A stretch of DNA of 56,300 nt from Octopus bimaculoides (Eukaryota). The position numbers and the translations under genes were made by a program. Location: positions 153,499,938 through 153,556,237 of the forward strand of contig NC_068982.1 of NCBI RefSeq assembly GCF_001194135.2, written 5' to 3'. Each line of letters begins with the position of its first letter. The stretch's first letter is position 1. The notes beneath the pieces were generated by a model. That model did no database searches. It was not told the DNA's origin and saw only the letters and a program-made list of their open reading frames with translations. This document shows, piece by piece, positions 10,336 to 23,530 of this stretch.

Positions 10336-13189
10336 ATTAAGATAAAATATATACTATTTTTAAGATGACTCAGCTAAATCATGTGATTTAAATCAAAGAA
10401 TTACTCATAATATTATACTGTGTATTAATTCGATATTGAATAGCTCTTTTCTATGAATCTTGACATTTAAAATTAAAGCTACATTGTAAAACTATAATTC
10501 ACAAATCTTCATTCTGATTGCACAACCTCTGACGAAAATCAATGGTTCTTCGTTCATTTAATAACCTTTATCAATAGTTCAATAATTAATATTCATTGTA
10601 CGCGTAAATCAAAAAGTGGTTTGATTATTGCATTGTGTCTAATGCATTTAATAATAATTGTATTTTACGAGTGACCTGTTAGTATAGCAGACGTATGCAT
10701 AGAAATTCAGTTTAATGCTCTTCAACCGCCCCGTAAATATACAGAAATCATTTACTTCCATTAAACCATTTTATGAAATAAAGTTTGCATAATAATATAT
10801 TTTCTGTTTCTCATATTCTTATTTCTTTGATTTGAGAATATAAGGTTCTCTACAAGATATAAACGCCAGTGCAGATTATGTGCGACCTTACATCTCACTG
10901 AACGTTTAATTTACGAAGATAGTCCGAGCCACAAAAATGCTAACAATCACCAAAACTGTATCATAATTACTTAGCTTGCACTTCAAGGTAGGGAATTATT
11001 TCAACTCTTATGAGTTGTTGGCCTTCAACTAAACGCGAAGGAGATTCATTTTAAAATTTAGTTTGTATATCGGGGATGGTGGTTCTTAACTAGCTAACTA
11101 CCACTGTCCAATATATGAAAATGATTAGCCGTCTCGTGCTCTGTTTTCACACTTGTTATTTCCTTCATTTGAGCCAGTAATTTCCACTCTTGTCTCTGCC
11201 CCCGCTGTCATCCTTATTATTACTAATGTTTACATTTCACATGAAACACGTTTCTCCGTTACACAAACAAATCTTCTCGTGAGGAACTTAGACGTTTAAA
11301 ATTATATCCTTGTCATGTGCTATCGATAATGTGTAAATTAACCTAATCGATATCACAACTATTTGCAATGTTAAATATTGTGGATGATTCTTCTTCCATA
11401 ATTGACGAATAAAAAAAAAATCAAGCTCCAAAGCAAAATTAATCATATAAAAATTACGAAGAATATTGTAGCAATACCATGAGTTGCAGAGCTATACGAA
11501 ATTAACCAAGTCATATACTCATTCCTCGGTAGATTAATGAGACTGTATTTAAAGTCCGTTCTCTGAGGGTGGGATGAATGCATAAACAAAGAGAAAAATA
11601 AGATTGGAATTTGAAATGTCACTATTGAGGCAGTTCTCTCACACATATTTAATCTTACAATCAGAAAGTATGGGATGATGATTAAAGAATAATTACTGGC
11701 AAATATTTATTAATAAACAATTATTTAGGAATAACTAAGAGCGAATAATTAATCAAACAGTGTATTTTGTTGAATCACTAACGATTGAGCAAGAGAATGC
11801 CAAGCTGTAAACAGCATCAGCTAAGTTGAAACGAAACAATTAGGTGATTAATCACAAAATTGAAAAATACTTCCGCACAATTAGGTTCTGTCAAAATAGC
11901 CTTCAGAAAATTAAGTTTCATTATTAAATTTCTTTGTTTCTCACGCCATTTATGATTTACAAATAACAAAAACAATATTTTTCTCGCAAAATCTAAGAAA
12001 TATTCTTATCAATTATTGTTCTCTTTTAGATTCACTCTCACAATTACTTTTCAACTATTGTTTAGTATTTTGCATATTCGGCTACTACTTTTCTTTCTTT
12101 CTTCTTCATCATTATCATCATCACCGTTGTCGTCATCGTCATCTTCATCATCATCATCATCATTATCATTATCATCATCATCATCTTTATATTTTCTCTT
12201 TCTTCTGCTTAATAATTTTCTTCTGTTTCAGTTTTGTGCTTCTCATTCTTGTATTCTTTTTCACTTCAGCTTTTCTACTTATTGTTTTTTTTCTTTTCTT
12301 CTTAGTATCTTTCATCGTATTCTTTTTCCTTTTCTTCTTTTCTATTTCGCTTTAATTCTTGTTCGTCATATTCGTTTTTGTTCATTCTTTGTTCTTCACC
12401 ATGGTCTTCATGCACTTCATTCTCTGATCATTTCTTCGTCCTTCCTCTTTCCTAATTAGATATTCAAATATATTTATATTAATACTTTTCTTATTTCATG
12501 TTTATTTAATTTTTGTTTCAATATCAATTGACCGTAACCAATTACTGGTTCTGATTTTAATAAAAGAGAGAAGGAGCGCTGATACTTGTGTTTACAATAT
12601 GGGATGTTGCGGCAATAAATTTCGTATGCTAAGGAAATAATGATTTATATAACCGAATTATATTTTTTCACTAATTATATTGCTACTGGTAGCACATAAC
12701 CAATACCATGTTAGGCAGAAGGAGACGAGGTGGTCAAACTTCACCAAGTTTGTAGGGTAACATGTGAGTGACTCATCAGAATTAAAAATAAGTGCCCACA
12801 AAGATCGGCCATTGGCATTTTGAGAAGAGATGGACATCACCATAGTATCTGTGTGTTTATGATGCAGTGATGGTAAAGAATAATGAGTCTCTTTTAGAAT
12901 TAAGGTTTTGGTTGAATGGTTGATTTTCTTGCTTACTCCTAAATGAAAACCTACGTTGCTATCATCTGGCCTGCTATATACGTCTGACAACGTTGGATTA
13001 TGTATCATTTGTTTTCGAAGATACAAGGTTTGGTTTCTTGGAGCTCAGCTTCTATTTATACAAACTGCTTTATTACGTGAAGGATTCCAAGACACCTGTG
13101 GATTTTTCGTTTCAGTCTGTTCTGCTTAGTTTGGTCAGAAACATCACATGCTTAACTATAGACATTTTTCATGGAATGAACTATACCGA

Positions 13190-13291
13190 CAAAAGCCGGC
13201 CTCGATAGAACTTCAACTCAGAACGTAAAGATGGACGAAATTCCGCTAATAATTTTGCCCGGGGTGCTAAACGTTCTGTCAGGTCACCGCC

Positions 13292-13292
<1 letters not shown>
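13190..13292 (-). mobile_element. SINE family B, 5' half
   Basis: Reverse complement ggcggtgacctgacagaacgtttagcacccc...tttacgttctgagttgaagttc, matching 52882 and 55929. Confidence 0.75.

Positions 13293-13293
<1 letters not shown>

Positions 13294-13374
<81 letters not shown>
13294..13374. repeat. (AAT)n microsatellite, ~27 units
   Basis: Read directly. Confidence 0.95.
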
Positions 13375-13412
13375 TGCAGCGCCCAGGAACAAGATCTGAG
13401 AACAAATTACAC
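13375..13412 (+). mobile_element. Tiny R4/Dong-type fragment at the end of the (AAT)n tract
   Basis: Translates (A)QEQDLRTNY, the AAQEQALRTN motif upstream of the CCHC finger in this clade (compare AAQNKALVTN in the 20183-21355 copy). Confidence 0.5.
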
Positions 13413-13852
13413 CATGTTCCTTACTTTATGTGTATTTAGCCTATACATTAAAGAAATTAAATTATGTATAATTACATATAATTCATCAGAGACGATATGA
13501 GAGAATTAGCTAGAGAGAAATAAGAAAATAAAAGGATGGATATAGGAAGTATAAAGGGAAATAGGAGAATAAAAATAAAAGTAAAAATATATGTAGGATG
13601 TTACAGTTACAGTTGCATTAACCAAGGAAAGTACTGTGCAGAATGGGTAGAAATGCTTATTATCCATGTTATGTAGATTCCGGAAGGAGTTCATATTTGT
13701 TATTGCTAGTGGATAGTTTGGAGACATAAATTCCATGTGCTGTTCATTCAAAGGGATCTTGTGGTGTGAATGAAATTTTGAGAGTGTACTGATAGTGATA
13801 AGTAAATAGAGGAAGAGAATGGTGTTAGTCAAAAGGAATGGGGGAGGAAAGG

Positions 13853-13873
13853 AGAAAGAAAGAAAGAAAGAAA

Positions 13874-13914
<41 letters not shown>
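13853..13914. repeat. (GAAA)n microsatellite within a purine-rich stretch (13500-14230)
   Basis: Read directly. Confidence 0.9.
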
Positions 13915-14344
13915 TAAGAGGAATAAAAATCTTAAAAGGAGTGCTAGATAGTGGTCAAGATATTGTGAGTGGAATGGGAGAGGAGAGCTATCAGGATAAA
14001 AGGAATAGGGGATAGAAGGAAGGGATATAAATGTAAGGAAGGTATATGTGAGAAATGGGCGGTGGGGGGATATGTTTGAAAAGCACTAAGGCGGAGAGAT
14101 AGGTAAAGAAATGGTACTAAAATGAGTTGTAGACGCCAAAAAGGATATAATGGTCAAGTTTCTAAAAATAGACGTAGGTATTATTGTACTAGCTAAAGTG
14201 ATAGTGGGGGCTGGTGAATCAGAGAGAGGAAGAAAGATATGTATATAGATATACACACGCGCGCACACAAATACATATAAATGTGTATATGCATTATTAT
14301 ATAGGCCCGCATACTTATGTACCTATATCCGCATGCATGTCTGC

Positions 14345-14380
<36 letters not shown>

Positions 14381-14557
14381 NNNNNNNNNNNNNNNNNNNN
14401 NNNNNNNNNNNNNNNNNNNNNNNNNNNNNNNNNNNNNNNNNNNNNNNNNNNNNNNNNNNNNNNNNNNNNNNNNNNNNNNNNNNNNNNNNNNNNNNNNNNN
14501 NNNNNNNNNNNNNNNNNNNNNNNNNNNNNNNNNNNNNNNNNNNNNNNNNNNNNNNNN
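14381..14557. other. Assembly gap (N)
   Basis: N run flanked by (AT)n. Other gaps: 15514-15769, 31838-31847, 32401-33197, 33915-33924, 34268-34633, 41611-42560. Confidence 1.
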
Positions 14558-15118
14558 TATATATATATTACGGCTAAGCATCTTAAAAATGCTTAGCCGT
14601 AGATCGATTTCTGGTGTAGTGATGCACTATCACTTTACCGTCTTCAATATGACAAAACCGAAAGTACATAATTATGAATATTTATACATAACATATGAAA
14701 ACAATGCATACACAATGCATATACAAATGCTCAGACAAATATACAAGTTAAATCTAATTCGTTCGTCTCAGCCACGTGTAAATAACCAAAATAATTCAGA
14801 TGGCTCTAAAACTACTATATTTATCACATAGACATGGGCTGGAAGCGATGAAATGAACAAAATGTTTTTTAAAAAGTTTATATAAAACTTGTAAACGAAT
14901 GCGAAAGGCTTTGTAAGTTACGGAGAGAAAGCTATTATGGAAGGCTCATAGTATAATAACTGAATAATAATATATCAAAATAATATTTTATTCTCCGATT
15001 TGAAGCCACATTTTTTAAAATACAAACAAATGACTGAAAAAGGATGAGCTCATCACTTTTCAACCATTTGTTTGTATTTACAAAGTTGTCGCTTCAAATC
15101 GGAGAATAAAATATTATG

Positions 15119-15125
<7 letters not shown>

Positions 15126-15210
<85 letters not shown>
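15126..15210. repeat. (GT)n microsatellite
   Basis: Read directly. Similar tracts at 22961-23015, 35581-35677, 41143-41197 and 49485-49545 (CA). Confidence 0.95.
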
Positions 15211-15217
<7 letters not shown>

Positions 15218-15317
15218 TGAGTGTGTGTGTGTATGTGTGTGTGTGTACCAAATGTACACACTCACACATACACACAAATGCACAAACACACACACACGCA
15301 CGAACACACACACACAC

Positions 15318-15374
<57 letters not shown>

Positions 15375-16221
15375 GCATATGTATGGGTAAGTGCGCGCAT
15401 ACAAAAACCGTGAGGAGGACCGAACAAAAACAACAAAGCGATGAGACACAATGATGATCAACATACAAACAGAATCATTTGTTCGTCTGTATGTGTGTGT
15501 TATTGCATATTGTNNNNNNNNNNNNNNNNNNNNNNNNNNNNNNNNNNNNNNNNNNNNNNNNNNNNNNNNNNNNNNNNNNNNNNNNNNNNNNNNNNNNNNN
15601 NNNNNNNNNNNNNNNNNNNNNNNNNNNNNNNNNNNNNNNNNNNNNNNNNNNNNNNNNNNNNNNNNNNNNNNNNNNNNNNNNNNNNNNNNNNNNNNNNNNN
15701 NNNNNNNNNNNNNNNNNNNNNNNNNNNNNNNNNNNNNNNNNNNNNNNNNNNNNNNNNNNNNNNNNNNNNTATATATATATATATGAAATTACCTCTGTGT
15801 GTGTTTGTGTATGTTTTAAAAGGCAGATTTCTAAGGCGATATTTTAATGGAGAAAAGATAAGAATTCAATTTATTGAGTCACAGGTGTTATTTCGAGTCT
15901 AGAAGAGACGCTTAACTTAGAAATGGTCCATTTTATTAAGCTGTAAATTGTTACTACGTCATATAAATATCTCTTTACCGTAAACGGCGCCATCATTGTA
16001 TATTTGAAGTGTTTAATTACGTTGCGAAACTGAGTTCAAATTTGCTTCGATGTTTGCAAAGTAACTGGTCCACAAATTTCTATTTTTAAATGTCATGTTA
16101 ATGCTTTAGAAATTCCTAATATATTTTCGTTGTACTACCGGGTATTTTGAAGTAAATATATTTTGGCGCAATTTGCACATGGATTTAAAGAAAATAATAA
16201 ATGACACTTATGTATATTCAA

Positions 16222-16455
16222 GTAGAGGCATGTGGCGTAGTGGCTAGGGTGTGGACCCGTGAACGTAAGATTGTAGGTTCCATTTTTGAACAAGGCAACG
16301 TGTTGTGTTCCTGAGCAAAACACTTCATTTCTTGTTGCTTCAGTCCACTCAGCTGGCAACAGTGAGTAATTTCGGGACGGAGCGATGTCTGTCCAGATGG
16401 CGAATTTATACGCCGGAAAACCGGCTCTTATGAATTGGCATGATTCGAGAAGGTA
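16222..16455 (+). mobile_element. tRNA-derived SINE, family A
   Basis: ggcatgtggcgtagtggctaggg head and cctgagcaaaacacttcatttc...cagtccactcagctgg core. Confidence 0.8.
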
Positions 16456-16604
16456 AGTTTTCTTTACTTTATGTGTATTTAGCCTATACATTTAAAGAAA
16501 TTAAATTACAGATAAATATTAAGTACTTATTAAATAAAATCATAACTAACTGATACGAAGCCAGTAGTTCTCTACAATTGTTTCATTATGGGGTTGACTG
16601 TTAT

Positions 16605-16790
16605 ACTTATCGTTAATTGTTTTTTCATTTGTTCCGGTCATTAGACTGCGACCAAGATGGGGCACAGCTTTGAAGAAGTTTCAGTCAAATGAATCGAGTC
16701 AAGAACTTTTTTTTTAAAACCTGGTAGTTATTCCATCGGTCCATTTTGCCGAAACCCTAGCTTATAGGACGTAAACAACCAACACGTGTG
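16605..16790 (-). mobile_element. SINE family C, degenerate 3' half
   Basis: Aligns with 40705-40850 (gtcatt(t/a)gactgcg, tattccatcggtccattttgccgaa, gacgtaaac). Confidence 0.65.
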
Positions 16791-17017
16791 TGTGTACGTA
16801 CGTATGCGCATATACATATATAAACTTATCAGAACAGCTGTTTTTCTTTTTCAACACGTCTTAAAGACAAGATCACTTCTCAACATTTACTATTTTTAAG
16901 AGCTTTTTTTTTATCTTTATTTTCGCATGATTACCTGATTGTTCAGTTTGAAGAAGCTAAATGCTAAATCTATCAATATTATCAAAGTTATACATTTACG
17001 TTGTTTCTGCGTATTTT

Positions 17018-17071
<54 letters not shown>

Positions 17072-18706
17072 TAGTATTGATGAAAACCTAATTCGACTTC
17101 TATAGGATGTGATCTCAGAACATAAATGTCCACATCTGGGACAGATATAGTTGAACATATTAACATGTAATTGCGCTATTTTAATTTTTCTCGATCACGG
17201 AAGACTGATAAAAAAAGGCGTCCCCGAAAGTATTTGAAATCAGAAGGTATATGGTTATAATTATATACCATTATGCATTTTCTTCTCCGATTATTCCACT
17301 CCTAATGTTTGTACTGCTTGACAGTTTTTAATGAAATTGCCCACTAAACAATTTCTACTTTTATGTATCTTACATCGTCGGTTTAATTAACATATTACAT
17401 ATTAGGTTTCGTTACATTGCAACTGGTCCCTAATCATAAATTGTTTCTCTTGTAGTGAAAATCAAAACATTAAATCTTTTCTTAATCTTTCATTCTTATT
17501 TCGTTGATTGGTTTTCCTTGTTAATGTCTTCCTATCTTTTAATCTTCGTTAACAACATTTGCTTCAATCCACTCTCATTGGCTTTAACGCCATATGAACT
17601 TACACCGCATTGAAACATCAACATATAAAGGTTACTGATCAGGGCATTCTGCAACGTTAATAATATTCAGAAGTCTATGAGTTTCTTCAGATGAAAGCTT
17701 TGAAAGGAAATCTACTCAATGGAATAACACACTTCATAGTTGTCACACTCTAGTCACATTTTAGCCTCTCTAAACATAGACAAATTGTAAGGAATATATT
17801 TAACAATAAAACCACAGAAAACAGATGTAGTTATATAATGTATGTATGTCTGTGAATAGAAGTATGCAAAGGATGCTGTTTTGCGACTTGCCAGCTCTGG
17901 TAGAGGGAACAATGCCCATTGCATTTACAACCTCTTCTAGAACGCTGAAATGTATGTTATCAATATCTTTAATGAGCATTTTCAAAATAATGCGCCACGA
18001 AACAGCAGCTAGGGTTGAAATTCCAGAGGTAGCCGTTACAGTAAGCAGTGAGCTGTGATTAATGTGGAGCCTACTGGCTTGCGCATAAGATGGCTACAGA
18101 CTAGAGGGAGATATTAGCGAATAGGAATGTTTGAGTACAGGTAAAGAGCGGAAACAGCGAAGATATCGAAATTTGAAATTGCATATCTTCTTATCTTATT
18201 CTGCTTCCCCTCACCCTTTAACGGTTTATGCTTGCTTGCGCAACTATATCAACCATATTTGCCAATCTTTTCTTTGTGAAGGGAGTCGGACAATGTAATA
18301 GTTTCAGATGACTGGTAACCTGTTATATACCGAATGATTTCCCCACATTTCATGTGTAACTTATGATTCTCGGGATTATTACGTAGATCCGGGTTTTCTG
18401 AACAGATGTGAGTTTTGAAATTACATATCTATTTATTTTGTCTGTACTTATATTCTGTATTCTTTAGTACACTATGTAAATATATTTATGTGAAGGCTGT
18501 GTTCATCCCCCCTACTACTCCCATAGCAGTTAGATTTACATTTCTCTAACAGGCATTCGTGCCCGGAAGAAGCATTCGGAGTTTAATTTTAAATACTTTG
18601 AGCACTACATTTTTAGACTAAACAGAAGACAGTACCAAAATATGACCGCACTCTAAAGTAATGTATATATATATATGTGTGTGTGTGTGTGCGTGTGTGT
18701 ATGTGT

Positions 18707-19023
18707 GTGAAGGCGCATGGCTCAGTGGTTAGAGCGTTGAGCTTACGATCGTGAGGTTGTGAGTTCGAAACCCGGAACGGACTGCGTGTTGTGCTCTTCA
18801 GCAAGACACTTTATTTCACGTTGCTCCAGTTCACTCAGCTGTAGAAATGAGTTGCGACGTCACAGGTGCCAAGATATATCGGCCTTTGCCTTTCTCTCGG
18901 ATAACACTGGTGGCGTGGAGAGGGGAGGCTGGTATGTATGGGCGACTGCTTGTCTGGACTTGTGCCTGGGAGGGTAACTTTCTAGGTGCAATCCCATGGT
19001 AAGTGATGACCGAAGGGGGCCTC
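18707..19023 (+). mobile_element. tRNA-derived SINE, family A
   Basis: A box TGGCTCAGTGG, B box GAGTTCGAAACCC, then the cagcaagacactttatttcacgttgctccagttcactcagctg core. Confidence 0.85.
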
Positions 19024-19176
19024 AGCATATATATATATGAATGTATATGTCGGTCGGGGTGCTAATCAGATCGTGTGTCGTATAGCCAGCTGGAGACGAT
19101 GTCTCCTGGGGCTGAACAACAGTAGCATTCACCTTAATATGGGACTGCTACATTAGGTTGGCAAAAACTCGTCATG

Positions 19177-19250
<74 letters not shown>

Positions 19251-19847
19251 ATATATACACACATATATAAATAAATATATATATATAAACACATATATTC
19301 ACACAAACGTATGTTATATGTATGCATGTATTATGTATGTATGGATGGATGAATGGATGGTTGGATGGAAACTTGTCCGTCAATCGGTTACATTAACACT
19401 CTACGTTTCGACACAGCAGTTTTAATTAAACTAACTCGTTATTTAGCTGACTTATAATCTATTTGTTTACGTAATACTTAATCATGAAAATTTAATTATA
19501 TTTTATTAGTCCACTCGTTCTAAGTAAACTCTGTATTATTGACTTTTCAATCCATTAAGAGCTCGAGAGTAACTGTTATAAGATTTGATCTATGTTTATA
19601 TGCTCTCAAACCTCTTTATCAAATTCTGGAGGAATGAATTTCAAACGCCTAGCGCCTACATGTATATTATCTTTGCCGTTATCTTTATCAATATGGCAAC
19701 TGATTCTCACAAAGGTTTACCCTTGAATTTTATTGGTAGCAAAATCTCCCTTCACGTACGCACCCCTATATTTCATATTAGTGGAATAGTTCTAGCGTTT
19801 GTTTGCGCCTTTATATCCACCAACCGCTAGCATCAGCACAATCCTCC

Positions 19848-19990
19848 ACCTCCTCCTCTCCTCTTCCTCTCTCCCTCTCTTCTTCCTCTCTCCCTCTCCT
19901 CTTCCTCTCTTCCTCTCCACTTCCTCTCCACTTCCTCTCTCCCTCTCCTCCTCTTCTCCTCTTCTTCCTCCCCTTCTCCTCATCTTCACC
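19848..19990. repeat. Imperfect (CCT/CTT)n polypyrimidine tract
   Basis: Almost purine-free, read directly. Confidence 0.85.
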
Positions 19991-20021
19991 ATCAACAGTT
20001 TTTGTTGTCAGTATTATTATT

Positions 20022-20178
20022 CGGTTTAGATTGGCGAGAGAAACTAGTTCAAATTCTACCAAAGTCGACTTCGCTTTTCATCGTTTTTGGGGTCGTTGAA
20101 ATAAGTACCAGTTAAACAGTGGGGAGTGAGCCCCTCCCTTGAGATTACTGGCATTGTACAAAATTTGAAACAATTATT
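20022..20178 (+). mobile_element. SINE family B (degenerate), ending in (ATT)n
   Basis: gttcaaattc...gtcgacttcgcttttcatc...aaataagtaccagtt...aaatttgaaacaattattatt. Confidence 0.7.
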
Positions 20179-20182
20179 ATTA

Positions 20183-21355
20183 TTTCTTTTTATCACAGAT
20201 TTTGTTAGAACTCCTAGAGTCTTGCATGAATAGCGGGCTTGTACCTGCAGCCTACGGTACCATGCAGTCCGTTCTTTTCAGCTAATACTTATCTGATTAT
20301 TCTGGTTGTGCCAAGGAAGCAAATTTTTTGTAACAGTTCTACTGGGCACTCTATTCTAATTTGTTTGATATTCCTCTCGATGTCTTCCGATATTGTTCCC
20401 AACGACCCAACAATAATTGGCACTGTCTTCCCCTTCTTCATTTTCCATAGTCAGGCTATTTCGTACTTAAAAGGGTTGTATTTATCTATCTTTCGTTTTC
20501 CTTCTTGCCTATTCGTGGGTCAAAGATGCATATAACATCAACTATATAACATATGTGGCGTATCTTGTCGACTACCACTGGGTCCGATCTATTATGCACT
20601 AGCACTTGATCTATTTAGATTCGGAAATTGCAGAGGATTTTCTAGTTTCCGACTCCACTACTCTCTGCGGCTTGTGCTGATACAACGTCTTCCCTCTCTC
20701 TAGCCCCCACTTTTCGTACAGTTTCCAATGTAGCACTTTCGCTACCTGATCATGTCACCGCAATTTGTAGTTGTTTTGGGCAAGTCTAGGGCATTCGTTC
20801 GTGATATGGGCAATGGTTTCATTCAGTCAGTTACAGATGCGACACTGCAGAGATACTTGCTCATTCCAAAGGTTGACTCCGGCAGTTCGTGACCAAAGCT
20901 TTGTTTTGCGCTGCCAGTACAGTGCTTTCAATCTCATTTTTAAGTATTCCTCTCTTCAGTCAATATTTTTTCAGCAACTTCTCTTGTGGCTATATGGAAT
21001 TGATTGTGTATTCCCTTGTTGCATAATTCTTCTTCGTGTGCTTTTTGCACTTCTTCCTTCGTTGTTCCTGTTTTCTCTGCTTTCACCACTCCCTCGTTCC
21101 TAACTGACACTAACAAGGTTTCCTTACTTTGGATTAGCTATCTCATTAAGCTCTCGATTTCGATACGTACACTGTCTTCCACACTTGTCAGTCCTCTCTT
21201 CAAGTATAGACGATCAGTGTTTGCACTTGGATGATGGTCTTCATGCAACGTTAGGATCTTTCTTGATTTCCTGACCCTCCTTTATCTCCTCCTTTTCCAC
21301 TTAAGGACTCCAGTGCCATACCGAACTACTGCGACTGCGTGCTAGTTCATTGCCG
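20183..21355 (-). mobile_element. R4/Dong-type LINE 3' portion (thumb, CCHC finger, RLE endonuclease, 3'UTR), decayed
   Basis: AVAVVRYGTGVLKW, NTDRLYLKR, AAQNKALVTN, CRIC..ETIAHITNEC, HDQVAKVLHWKL, KIDKY, VPIIVGSLGTI, LLQKICFLGTTRII. Flanked by (AAT)n on both sides. Confidence 0.9.
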
Positions 21356-21373
21356 AAATTATGTTTCTGGCAT

Positions 21374-21378
21374 TTATT

Positions 21379-21442
<64 letters not shown>
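21374..21442. repeat. (TTA)n microsatellite
   Basis: Read directly. Confidence 0.95.
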
Positions 21443-21444
<2 letters not shown>

Positions 21445-21540
21445 CAGTAGTCTTATTTTCAACACGTGCTTTCACTGCACTACCGAGCTCAGCTTTGTGT
21501 GCCTTGAGCATGTGCTGAGGTTTGTTGCAATGCTCTTATT
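21443..21540 (-). mobile_element. R4/Dong-type 3'UTR-only insertion
   Basis: The reverse complement aligns with the 3'UTR at 54870-54965 (caagg..agctg..cggtagtg.agtgaaagcacgt..aaaataa.actactg). Confidence 0.8.
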
Positions 21541-22003
21541 TTTACGGCCACAAACTCGAAGGCATAATCGAAAATAGAAATGCAAAGTGTGCGCGTCATG
21601 GTGACCTCAGATCAAGATTAACATCGCATGATCTTGCAGGCGGGGCCCAATAGAATGTTTTTTCGGGACCGCTAGCCCATCCCACTCAAAAGGTCCATGA
21701 TTAAGAGTTATCTAGGATGATGAACAAAGCACCCATGTTTCTAGAGGTAAATTTTTCAAACCCAAAAGAATTCCTCTCAGCACGTGGATATAATAATCCT
21801 TCTCTTCTCTTGTTCATGATGAGAGATGCACATATCAGTAGTCACTTAGGGAAATGCTCAACTGGTTATGGTCATGCAATTGACAAGCAAATATATGTAT
21901 TGAACAGAATATTTATTGTAGCCTGAAACCCAATGGGAGTCTAAGAAATCGAGAGATTACAAAGGGATAGTTGTTATTAGTGTTGTTTCCGTTGTTTTTG
22001 CTT

Positions 22004-22067
<64 letters not shown>
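22004..22067. repeat. (GTA)n microsatellite
   Basis: Read directly. Confidence 0.95.
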
Positions 22068-22069
<2 letters not shown>

Positions 22070-22499
22070 ATAGGTTGTATCGACTCCAGAAAGTTTGTTG
22101 AAATTTGTCGGGAAAAATTCATTTACTGTTATCGACTTTTCCTCAGAACCCTATATTCACTCGAAGTAGAGATGAACTACAAAGTTGTGCACTTTAGCGC
22201 ACAATTCATGCAAATTTTTATTTTCATTCTTGCGTTTATTTTCTCGTTTCCAAGTATGGCGTCAGTAACGCCCACAATCAGGTTCAGCGAAGAGGTAGAG
22301 GGAAACTTTTCTCATAACACTACCAATTTCATTAGCGAATTTTTGCACAGAACAATAACAACTATGCCAAAAATAACAACAGTGATGGTAATGATGACGA
22401 TAACAATAACATAAAGGATAACATTTTTTAAAACAAGAACATACACATAAGCAGTAATGATTCCAACAACAACAACAAAAGTAACACGCCTTTGACAAT

Positions 22500-22958
22500 C
22501 GAAACATTTTATGAGGTGGAATGGGAGGAAAGCGAGCTCAAGTTTCCATTCCAACTGATGTTTTTGATCTTGCTACCGGAAAGACATTAGTGTAACGCTA
22601 TGTACCTGAGAAATGCGACGCCTACAAGCGGAAACAAGCCAGGTGGAAAGCAACTTCAGAAAGAAATAGATAGAGTTTATATAACTAGTGCAAAGGGGTT
22701 CCAGAGTGTGCAGGTCTACTTCAAAAGCGAAGCCTACTTGCTGAAGGACTCCTTAGTTCCCTTACGAATTCAGCTATCACCCAAGTCCATTGTGAAAATC
22801 GTCCCACCGGTTATCTTTGTACTGGAAAAACAGTCGATTTTTTATGTCTGGCGGCCATAGGGAAAGTGATTCTGTGGTAGTGCAGGCTGAAATGGTTAAA
22901 GACACATATTCTTCTTCGTCTAAGTCTTCATCATTTTTCAAGTTTCTCTTGAAAAGGA

Positions 22959-22962
<4 letters not shown>
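22500..22962 (+). mobile_element. Probable L1/Tx1-type LINE ORF2 C-terminal relic
   Basis: Frameshifted pieces VPECAGL..LAEGLLSS, IQLSPKSIVKIVPP, FLCLAAIGKVILW*CRLK and FFKFLLKRKV resemble the post-zinc-finger end of Tx1-type ORF2. Recognition from memory only; no search run. Confidence 0.45.
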
Positions 22963-22996
<34 letters not shown>

Positions 22997-23334
22997 GTGT
23001 GTGTGTGTGTGTGTGGAGGGAATTGCTGTCTTCCAGCAATATTTTGATAGGTCGATAAGATTAGTAAGAATGAACTGAAGACCTAATATGAGTATACGCC
23101 TGTAGATTGAGAGAGGGAGGTGGATAAAGGGAAAGCCATCAGAATAACTGTGAGATCTCCAAGATTATCCCTCTGGAATTTCCTCAGAATCTGGCGAATT
23201 ATTTCTTGTTTGAATTCTTTTATTTTCTGTATGTACGTTTTTATGTGATCCTATATTTTATTTTATCGTCCTATATCGTTTCCAATCGTTTTGTAACATC
23301 TCTTAGTAATAAATAAAAATTAACTTTATTTTTT

Positions 23335-23530
23335 CTAGCAGAATCGTTGTCAAGTCGGAAACATGCTAAGCAGCTTTTCGTCAGTCTTTACATTCTGAGT
23401 TCAGATGCCACCCAAATCGACATTGCCCTTCACCCTTTCAAAGTCGATACAAAAATGTCCCAGCTGAGCATTGGGATCGATTTAATCGACTTCCCAAACT
23501 GATGTGCCCGGCAGCCACATTTAAGTACAA
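23335..23530 (+). mobile_element. SINE family B
   Basis: gcagaatcgtt...atgctaagc...tttacattctgagttcag...gtcgata...gatcgatttaatcgact. Confidence 0.75.

Noticed and set aside
12658-13026. 122-aa minus ORF, and CTGATGAG at ~12772-12779 as a hammerhead
   Set aside because: No recognisable protein motif or convincing splice sites, and no GAAA follows the putative stem II.
22171-22414. Signal-peptide-like MQIFIFILAFIFSFPSMASVTPTIRFSEE
   Set aside because: The hydrophobicity derives from a T-rich tract. The ORF runs from a (GTA)n repeat into AAC/AAT repeats, the adjacent sequence resembles a decayed SINE, and the donor is weak. An exon at 22256-22295 cannot be fully excluded.
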